Below are positions 7,309 through 13,595 of a stretch of DNA of 13,595 nucleotides, in pieces (positions within the stretch are counted from its first letter, which is position 1; every line of letters starts with the position of its first letter). Origin of the DNA: Candidatus Micrarchaeota archaeon (GTDB lineage Archaea; Iainarchaeota; Iainarchaeia; Iainarchaeales; JAGVWC01); assembly GCA_043803815.1 (NCBI GenBank), contig JAZDJR010000020.1, forward strand, positions 1-13,595, given 5' to 3'. A model generated the notes under the pieces. That model saw nothing but the letters and a program-made list of their open reading frames with translations, did no database searches and had not been told where the DNA came from. The position numbers and the translations under genes were made by a program.

Positions 7309-7782
7309 ATGGGAATTTACGACACGCTCAACGTCGACATCGACATCCAAACCTTCAAATGGCCCTTAATCGCGCTGGTTATTATTATTGTTTTAGTGGC
7401 GATTGGAAGCGTTTTGTTCGGCGCCTTCCGGCCCGACCCCTTGGAACTCACACTTGACGGTCCCATCGACTTGTCCGTTCAGGCCAATGGCTACGCCAAA
7501 AAACCCATTTCCGAATTGACCGTCAAGCTCAATAACCCCGTTTCGGGGCCGGTTCAAAACGTCAGCGTTTTTGTAGAACCTCAGGATCCAAAATCAATTC
7601 TGGTTTTTCAGTCCCCCCAAACCGTTCCGATTCTGGACAAAAGCAGGACCTTATCCTTCACCCTGCGCCCCAACCCGATTCAGAACGTACTGCCCGGAAC
7701 CTACATCATCAATGTAACCACCACGATTAACGGAAAACAATACGCCAAATCAATCGAACTTTCGATTCAAACCGCAAGCTAA
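7309..7782 (+). CDS. Hypothetical membrane-anchored protein with probable Ig-like beta-sandwich domain
   Basis: Single N-terminal hydrophobic helix (WPLIALVIIIVLVAIGSVLFG), then alternating beta-strand patterns (LTVKLNN, LSFTLRP, PGTYIINVTT). Confidence 0.7.
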   Translation: MGIYDTLNVDIDIQTFKWPLIALVIIIVLVAIGSVLFGAFRPDPLELTLDGPIDLSVQANGYAKKPISELTVKLNNPVSGPVQNVSVFVEPQDPKSILVFQSPQTVPILDKSRTLSFTLRPNPIQNVLPGTYIINVTTTINGKQYAKSIELSIQTAS

Positions 7783-7804
7783 AAAAAAAGCGAAACTCGT
7801 TTTT
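7781..7804. terminator. Possible terminator between convergent genes
   Basis: AAAAGCGA-AAC-TCGTTTTT imperfect hairpin with A and T runs in a 40-nt convergent gap. Confidence 0.35.
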
Positions 7805-7822
7805 GCATCGGCTTGAATTTTT

Positions 7823-8581
7823 TTATTTGGCGGCCATTTGCAGCAAGGGATTCACGGTTTCCTCGCCTTTTTTGGTGAAAATGCGGACTTCCTGAATTCC
7901 GCGGATTTTTTGCGCGATTTCAATCAGTTCGTCATACGAAGTTGCGGGTTTTTTGGAAAACAACGGGCTAATGGTCCCGTTGTCGGGAACAAACTGGTGC
8001 AAAACAAACCTTTTTGCGCCTTTGACGCTTTTGGCAATCGACAAGATGTCGGAAGCTGAGTGATAACCCGGAACTACTACCGTCCGGAACTCGTAATCGA
8101 TTCCTGCATGCATCACCAAAAAAACCGATTTTTTTATTTTAGCAACCAAAGCCGACTTATTCGTAGCCGCCAAATATTTTTCCGGATAAAGCGGCGCTTT
8201 CAGGTCCAATGCAATGCTGTCCACCAAGTCGCGCTCGACTAGGGTGCGGATTAAAAACGGGTTGGTGCCGTTCGTTTCGATTCGGGTCAGCAATCCGCCA
8301 TTTTGGCATTCTTCCAAAAAATTCATCAGCCGCTGGCCATGCAAGGTGGGTTCGCCGCCCGTCACCACCACGGCTTTAACTTCGTTTTTTTTGTCAAACA
8401 TAAAACCCAAAACGTCTTTTTTTGAAATCCTGGGCAAAGACATCGGCCGGGTTACCATTTCTCCGGAAAAACAATAACCGCAGGACAGATTGCATCCCGG
8501 AACAAAAACAACGCTGGAAACGCGGCCCCGCCAAGCGGTCGTGCTCTTGGGAAAAAACGCGGCGATATCCAAGTCAGGCAT
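7823..8581 (-). CDS. nrdG: Radical SAM glycyl-radical activase, anaerobic ribonucleotide reductase activating protein-like (long NrdG type)
   Basis: VVFVPGCNLSCGYC (CxxxCxxC), VVVTGGEPTL, IETNGTNP, IALDLKAP, YEFRTVVVP and LHQF. Start moved to the ATG at 8581 (MPDLDI) to avoid overlap with acyP. Confidence 0.8.
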   Translation of the reverse strand: MPDLDIAAFFPKSTTAWRGRVSSVVFVPGCNLSCGYCFSGEMVTRPMSLPRISKKDVLGFMFDKKNEVKAVVVTGGEPTLHGQRLMNFLEECQNGGLLTRIETNGTNPFLIRTLVERDLVDSIALDLKAPLYPEKYLAATNKSALVAKIKKSVFLVMHAGIDYEFRTVVVPGYHSASDILSIAKSVKGAKRFVLHQFVPDNGTISPLFSKKPATSYDELIEIAQKIRGIQEVRIFTKKGEETVNPLLQMAAK

Positions 8582-8621
8582 GACCACTTGCAAGACCAAA
8601 GAACTTAAAAAACCGATTTTT

Positions 8622-8903
8622 TTAATGCCGGATTTCAAAGCCGTTCAAGGGCTCAAAAGAATCGAACCAATCCAAAGAAACAGTATCCACCGAAATCCAA
8701 AACGTTCCCTTTGAAACGGTTTTGGCGAATTGCTCCAGCTTTTCTTTGGTTCCCTGAGAAACAATCCGAACCGAACCGTCGGATTCGTTGCGGCAAAAAC
8801 CCGAAAGCCCCATTTTTTTGGCGGTGTAGCTGATTAGAAATCTAAAACCCACGTGCTGAACCCGGCCAAACACAACCATGACCAATTGCCGATTCATAAG
8901 CAT
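8622..8903 (-). CDS. acyP: Acylphosphatase
   Basis: VFGRVQHVGFR, GLSGFCRNESDGSV and C-terminal GFEIR. Start is ATG 8903 or 8897. Confidence 0.9.
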   Translation of the reverse strand: MLMNRQLVMVVFGRVQHVGFRFLISYTAKKMGLSGFCRNESDGSVRIVSQGTKEKLEQFAKTVSKGTFWISVDTVSLDWFDSFEPLNGFEIRH

Positions 8904-8918
8904 CGTCAAATCGGGGAA

Positions 8919-9365
8919 TTATATTTCAGCTGACGCCGCCTGAAAAAAATCGCGCATATTATCAAACCGCAGCTTTTCAAGCACGGTTTTCCGGTCGGTC
9001 CACAAAAAATCGTCGTGCTCGGCAACCAAGTTGTTTTCCAAAGAAACCGCTTCATCCGCACCGGCCTCCACCAAAAACCCGAATACTTCGCAGGTTTTTT
9101 GGTGAACCTTGTCGAAAAAAGCCATTTTGTGCGCGATTGGCTTTACAATCCGGACATTTTTAAGCCCGGTTTCCTCGAAAATTTCGCGCAGCAACGCGTC
9201 TTTTTTGGATTCGTTTTCCTCGACCTGGCCTTTGAGCAATTCCCAGCCGTTCCAGTTCAGGCAGCGGTGCAAAATCAAAAAACGCGGCTCGCTGGCCTTG
9301 TTTTTTGAAAAAATTACCGCGACAATGCGGTGAACCGCGCCGAAATTTTCCGGTTTATCGGACAT
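8919..9365 (-). CDS. NUDIX hydrolase (Ap4A-hydrolase-like)
   Basis: Nudix box GQVEENESKKDALLREIFEETGL, plus FLILHR and EHDDFLW. Start placed at ATG 9365, an 11-nt overlap with the upstream gene. Confidence 0.9.
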   Translation of the reverse strand: MSDKPENFGAVHRIVAVIFSKNKASEPRFLILHRCLNWNGWELLKGQVEENESKKDALLREIFEETGLKNVRIVKPIAHKMAFFDKVHQKTCEVFGFLVEAGADEAVSLENNLVAEHDDFLWTDRKTVLEKLRFDNMRDFFQAASAEI

Positions 9366-9699
9366 GCATCCCGCCGGGCTGCTGAATGGAATCGCCGGAA
9401 TCCACTTTGCGCTTTTCATTATAGGTTCCAAAGCGCTCCCATGTTTTTTTGCCAAGCTCGCCGCGCAACAATTTGACAATGATTTGCCGCGGAACCGGCG
9501 CGTTGACGTTCATGGGAGTATAATCCACCAATACTATATCCGCTTCTTTTATTTTTTCACCCAGTCCGTCTTCACAGCCCACAATCAGCAGGTTTTCATC
9601 CCACATTTCCAGCAAAACCTGAACGCTTTTATCGTGGCCAATCGCGGTTTTTTCGTCCGAACCGAATATTTTCAGCACTTTTCCAACATGAAACACCAA
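9355..9699 (-). CDS. Hypothetical protein, possible small OB-type beta-barrel
   Basis: Open 114-codon frame in operon orientation, GAGGGA upstream of the TTG/GTG start, protein-like composition (FHVGKVLKIF, LEMWDENLL, DIVLVDY). Confidence 0.75.
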   Translation of the reverse strand: MVFHVGKVLKIFGSDEKTAIGHDKSVQVLLEMWDENLLIVGCEDGLGEKIKEADIVLVDYTPMNVNAPVPRQIIVKLLRGELGKKTWERFGTYNEKRKVDSGDSIQQPGGMHVR

Positions 9700-9731
9700 A
9701 CATCCCTCGGCTAAAAAATGCTACAAAACTC

Positions 9732-9739
9732 TTTTAAAA
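9732..9739. promoter_or_regulatory. Palindromic TTTTAAAA, candidate shared TATA box of divergent genes
   Basis: 32 nt from the 9699 start and 34 nt from the 9774 start. Both genes have RBS-like motifs (GAGGGA, AGGTGA). Confidence 0.5.
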
Positions 9740-9773
9740 CAACAAAACGCCTAAAGGATAACTAGGTGAAAAA

Positions 9774-10652
9774 GTGCCCAAAATCCGAACCGCCGAACAG
9801 GTGCAAAAGGCCATTGACAAAAGGGGGTTTCCTTCCAGAAGCCGGGAAGAAAGCCTGCTGCTGCACCTTTTTCGCTGGTCGGAAGGAAACGCCAAAAAAG
9901 ACATTGTCCGGCGGCTGGATGAACTAAACAAAACCAATCGGCCGAAACTTTCAACAAACGTCATCCAAAGAAACCGGCAAAAGGCCAATCTGGCCCGCTG
10001 GCAGGAATTTTTCACCATTAACCGCGACCGAATCATGCAGGCCCTAAACGAAAGGAATTTGGATGCCGTTAATGCGTATCTGGCCAAAGGACTGCAAATA
10101 GCCAAGGGAAGAAAAGCGCTGTCCGACCTTGCCGGCTTGCTGGATTCATTTTCCGATGTTTGCCTGAAAGTAAGAACCCGAAATTCCAAAGCAGAAAATT
10201 ACGCAAAAACCGCTTTGGTTCAGGCGATTATTTGCGCAGAAAAAGCGCGCGATTTTTTTTATGCCGACCGGCTACTACACAAAGCCAAAATCAACCGCAT
10301 TCCATTGACAACGCCTTGGAGCAGATTTTTTCAAAACTATTTCAAGGGCGAATTCACCAAAGCGGCCCGGCAAAATCCCGAGTACGTTTTTGATTTATTA
10401 AAAGATAACCGGTTTGACGCGCTGCTGCGCAAAGAACAGGAAAGCCTTGCGTACTGCTGGCTATGCGTGGCGGACCGGCTTTCAGCCGACCAACCCGCCG
10501 TTCCGGAAGACCGGATAGAAAACCGAAAAAAAGTTCGTTACTGCTGGAAAAGCGCTTTTTTTGCCGCGAAAAAAAGCCAAAACGAAAAATTCGCGGAAAG
10601 CATCCGGCGAAATGCGGAAAAAGAAGGCATCGAAGTAAAGTGGACGCCCTAA
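9774..10652 (+). CDS. Hypothetical basic all-alpha-helical protein, paralog A
   Basis: AGGTGA RBS before the GTG start. End-to-end similarity to 10718-11659. Confidence 0.8.
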   Translation: MPKIRTAEQVQKAIDKRGFPSRSREESLLLHLFRWSEGNAKKDIVRRLDELNKTNRPKLSTNVIQRNRQKANLARWQEFFTINRDRIMQALNERNLDAVNAYLAKGLQIAKGRKALSDLAGLLDSFSDVCLKVRTRNSKAENYAKTALVQAIICAEKARDFFYADRLLHKAKINRIPLTTPWSRFFQNYFKGEFTKAARQNPEYVFDLLKDNRFDALLRKEQESLAYCWLCVADRLSADQPAVPEDRIENRKKVRYCWKSAFFAAKKSQNEKFAESIRRNAEKEGIEVKWTP

Positions 10653-10717
10653 ATCAACGCTTTTTCGGCTGCAAAACCATTATTTATTCCAATCAGCCCT
10701 ACTTTTACTGAATCGCC

Positions 10718-11659
10718 ATGTCAACTCCACGCCGGCCCATTATCAGGAACAAAAGGCTCGCTCGCAGAGTCGTAAAAGCCATTAACCGGGGCGTTTTGAA
10801 AGCCGCGGGCCTGACACGCCAACAACACATCGATGAACTCCTTCAGGCGCTTAGTCGCGCCCAAACCACAGCCGCCAAAAACGTGATTAAAAACCAGATA
10901 CAAGCGATCCAAGAAAGCGAACCCCAAAGGCCCGGATTGCAAAGGGAACTGGACACGTTAGTCACGGCACGAAAACAAAAACAAAATGCGGCTTGGGACA
11001 AGTACTGGCAAAAAAACCAATCCCTGTTCAATGACTATCTCAAGAACGCAAAATTCCCCGAAGCCATCCTCTTGCTTGAAGAAGCGGGAAAATATGCAAA
11101 AACGCAAAAAGCACGGGCATTCCTGATGGACGGCTGGCAGGAAACCGGAAGCCTACTGCTGAAAAAAATAAACTCTCTTGAAAACCAAAAAGGAAAACGC
11201 GGCGGCGCGGAACAGCCCCTGCGGTATTTGGCAGGCATTGCTTTTTCAAATGCAATTATTCTGGCTGAAAAAAACCGGTTTTTCACCATCGCCGACGAAT
11301 TATTCCACACGGCCAAAAGCGCCAAACTCGCAATCCAGACCCCTTCAAACAAGTGCCTTTCCGAAAACGGTGTCAAAGGAATCCTCGCCATGAAACAAAA
11401 CCGTTTCGACGTTGTTTTCGGCATTCTTTTCAAGGCTGACGAATATGCGGCCACACGGGATGATTTTCGCGGAATCAGTTATTTATGGAAAGAATTAGCC
11501 CAAAAAATTCCCCACGCCGAAAACAGGGCCCTTTACCACCACATGGAAGCGACCGCGTGGGAAAATTCGGTCCAAGCCGCCCGAAAAAGCGGCGACCGCG
11601 AATTAGCCCAGGAAATAACCCGCTTAGCCGTCCAAAACGGAGTGCAAAACATACCATGA
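10718..11659 (+). CDS. Hypothetical basic all-alpha-helical protein, paralog B
   Basis: 313-aa ORF with its own AT-rich TATA-like element (ATTATTTATT) upstream. Shares blocks with paralog A, e.g. AIILAEKNRFFTIADELFHTAK vs AIICAEKARDFFYADRLLHKAK. Confidence 0.8.
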   Translation: MSTPRRPIIRNKRLARRVVKAINRGVLKAAGLTRQQHIDELLQALSRAQTTAAKNVIKNQIQAIQESEPQRPGLQRELDTLVTARKQKQNAAWDKYWQKNQSLFNDYLKNAKFPEAILLLEEAGKYAKTQKARAFLMDGWQETGSLLLKKINSLENQKGKRGGAEQPLRYLAGIAFSNAIILAEKNRFFTIADELFHTAKSAKLAIQTPSNKCLSENGVKGILAMKQNRFDVVFGILFKADEYAATRDDFRGISYLWKELAQKIPHAENRALYHHMEATAWENSVQAARKSGDRELAQEITRLAVQNGVQNIP

Positions 11660-12111
11660 ACTACAATTCCGACCACGCATTGGCCAAAAAAACCGCGGAA
11701 ATCATCCGCGAAAACTTTCCCGAACGCGAAATCACCAACTTGCTGGTCATTCGCTGGTCGGGCCAAGCGTGGAAAAGCAAGCTTGGCCACATTACGCCGC
11801 TTAAAAACCCGGAATTCGGAAGCCTCATTGAAATCAATTCCCTGTTAAACGACCCGTACGTGCCCGAATTCGTGGTCGAAGCGACTTTGCTGCACGAACT
11901 CATCCATTACTTTGACGGATTCGGCTCCAACCACGAGCGCAAACGCCGCCACCCGCACCTCGGAGGCATCATGAAAAAAGAATTCGCGGAATTCGGCTGG
12001 ACCGAACTGCACAAAAAACAAAAAGGCTGGCTTGAAAAAAACTTTTCAAAATTGTATTACGAACACGAACGAAGACAAAAAATGCAAAACGCAACAACGC
12101 TGAAAAAATAG
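11656..12111 (+). CDS. SprT-like HExxH zinc metalloprotease-domain protein
   Basis: WSGQAWKSKLG, IEINSLL, PEFVVEATLLHELIHY and a downstream HPH. ATGA overlap with the paralog B stop places the start at 11656 (151 aa). Confidence 0.75.
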   Translation: MNYNSDHALAKKTAEIIRENFPEREITNLLVIRWSGQAWKSKLGHITPLKNPEFGSLIEINSLLNDPYVPEFVVEATLLHELIHYFDGFGSNHERKRRHPHLGGIMKKEFAEFGWTELHKKQKGWLEKNFSKLYYEHERRQKMQNATTLKK

Positions 12112-12116
12112 CGAGA

Positions 12117-13223
12117 TTATTTTTTGTACAATTTTTTCAGTTCCGAAATAATATTTTCCTTGAATTGGGGCAGAAATTCCCGCGGAACCCGCGCTCCCGC
12201 CGCGGGAGCATGCCCTCCGGCCTGTCCCAAAGGAATTCCAACAACCGCGGCTTCCAGCAAATCGTTTACCGCAACTTTTCCGTCCTGGCGCCTGGCCGAA
12301 ATCGAAACGTGGGAATTTTCCTGCTTAAAATCCTGGACAAAAATCAGGGTTTTGTCCGGATGCAGTTCGAACGAAATCTTGTTTACCAGCGGCGCCTTAA
12401 TCGGAAAGTGCGGCTTGCATTCAAACCAAATCAATTCGATATCATCCAAAAACTCGGCTTCTTTTTTAAACCTTTCAAACCACACGGCCATTTCTCCCCG
12501 CATTTCCGACAAAAAATCGGCAAATTTGGATTTTTGAACTTCGCCGGGATTTTGCGCGTCGGTAAACACCTTAATCAAACCGTTGAACTGGAACGGCTCG
12601 ATTAAGCCGACGGATTCTACGATTTCCTTGCACTCGTCCAAATCCAAAAACGAACAACCCGTCGATTCCATTGTTTCTTCCAGAAAAGTTTTCCATTGCA
12701 GGCCGCTGGCATCCCCCAAAATTCCGACCGCTGCAACCCATGCAATGTCGGACATGTCCAAGTGCCGTGAAAACAAATCAAAGCACAGCTTGGAAGCGGG
12801 ATATTTGGAAGAATCGATATCGGAATAATACGGCACTTTTATAAAAACCGTCTTGTCGGAATTAAAATCATTGTAAATTTTATGGTGGTCCAAAAAAAAT
12901 ACGGCATCGCAAAACTTTTCCGCTTCCCTGACAAAAAAATCGTCCTGATCAAAAGACAAGTCGGCCACAATTAGTTTAGTACAGCGGCTATACTCCAGAA
13001 TTCCGAGTTTTTCCTCCATCAAATCATGGTCGCCATACGAAGACGACAAAATTTTTTTGGGTTCTTTTCCGATTAACCGCTGAACCGCATGAATCAGCAC
13101 TACGGCGCTGGCCAACCCGTCGGGGTCGGAATGCACCAAAACCCCGATTTCGTCTTTGGGGGACAATCGATGAACAAAATCGTCGAATTTGGCCAAAATT
13201 TCGGGTTTTAAAAGACTCGGCAT
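12117..13223 (-). CDS. DHH/DHHA1 family phosphoesterase (RecJ-like nuclease)
   Basis: HSDPDGLAS, ADLS, LDHH, GILGD, SISARR and GGHAPAAG motifs. ATG 13223 is 22 nt from a TATA-like TTTTTTAAT. Confidence 0.9.
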   Translation of the reverse strand: MPSLLKPEILAKFDDFVHRLSPKDEIGVLVHSDPDGLASAVVLIHAVQRLIGKEPKKILSSSYGDHDLMEEKLGILEYSRCTKLIVADLSFDQDDFFVREAEKFCDAVFFLDHHKIYNDFNSDKTVFIKVPYYSDIDSSKYPASKLCFDLFSRHLDMSDIAWVAAVGILGDASGLQWKTFLEETMESTGCSFLDLDECKEIVESVGLIEPFQFNGLIKVFTDAQNPGEVQKSKFADFLSEMRGEMAVWFERFKKEAEFLDDIELIWFECKPHFPIKAPLVNKISFELHPDKTLIFVQDFKQENSHVSISARRQDGKVAVNDLLEAAVVGIPLGQAGGHAPAAGARVPREFLPQFKENIISELKKLYKK

Positions 13224-13297
13224 TACCAATCAAGGCAGGCGCAGGATTAAAAAACCCCAATTCCTAAGAATACAACAAATCAAACAGGAAGGAAACC

Positions 13298-13471
13298 ATG
13301 GCTTACCAGCACACCAATTCAAAAGGCAAAACCTATTTTTTGCACCAAAGCGGCAGGTTATACTATTTTTCCAGCCAGCAAAAAAGCAACGCCATCGACC
13401 TGCCCGAAGGATTCACCATCATTGAAAACAGCAAAACCGGACTGCCCATGCTCAAAAAAAGGAACTCCTGA
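13298..13471 (+). CDS. Small hypothetical protein (57 aa), missed by the ORF track
   Basis: MAYQHTNSKGKTYFLHQSGRLYYFSSQQKSNAIDLPEGFTIIENSKTGLPMLKKRNS*, with a GGAAGGA RBS. Resembles a small uncharacterised family I recall (NSKG.TY.LH...YYF...LP.G...EN..TGLP.LKK). Confidence 0.8.
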   Translation: MAYQHTNSKGKTYFLHQSGRLYYFSSQQKSNAIDLPEGFTIIENSKTGLPMLKKRNS

Positions 13472-13536
13472 CAAACTCGGTTGGTTTTTAAAGGTCTAAT
13501 TTTTTAGGGGGCGAGCATTCTTATTTTGGTGATTGA

Positions 13537-13595
13537 ATGCTTTGCCCAAATTGTTTTGGGGCAAAGGGGGATATAGTTCTTTGGGGTCACCGGTA
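13537..13595 (+). CDS. Start of a CxxC zinc-ribbon protein (truncated by window edge)
   Basis: GGTGA RBS 4 nt upstream, TTTTTAAA at 13485-13492, translation MLCPNCFGAKGDIVLWGHR. Confidence 0.5.
   Translation, partial: MLCPNCFGAKGDIVLWGHR

Noticed and set aside
9366-9479. Upstream extension of the NUDIX ORF
   Set aside because: Lies inside the 9355-9699 gene and has no NUDIX-like sequence.
11485-11655. Upstream extension of the HExxH ORF
   Set aside because: Lies out of frame inside paralog B; the ATGA overlap at 11656 is the better start.
1-13595. CRISPR arrays, tRNA/rRNA genes and phase-variable homopolymers
   Set aside because: No spaced direct repeats or cloverleaf motifs were seen by eye. 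A/T runs are ubiquitous, reflect Lys/Phe codons and do not break the called genes.

Overview
Archaeal genomic DNA, most likely DPANN (Iainarchaeota/Diapherotrites-like; the taxon is an inference). The markers are diphthine synthase plus DUF357, a Trm5-family methyltransferase, DUF63, a class III signal peptide and TATA-type promoters. The window opens in the left end of an IS3/IS150-type element, followed by a 691-aa Cys-rich surface protein with a pilin-type signal. The most striking content is a tandem pair of diverged bacterial-type sigma-70-like genes (4498-6090) between archaeal housekeeping genes, each preceded by an archaeal TATA box. Between them lies a decayed second copy of the 3' end of the neighbouring DUF63 gene, a footprint of cassette-like gain or duplication. 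A second tandem pair of unknown all-helical paralogs (9774-11659) is coupled to an HExxH protease-like gene. All four accessory proteins start with Pro-containing, Lys/Arg-rich N-termini, which raises an untested host-directed effector hypothesis. An out-of-frame ilvE relic is hidden under a read-through extension of trm5. No rRNA, tRNA or CRISPR array was seen.
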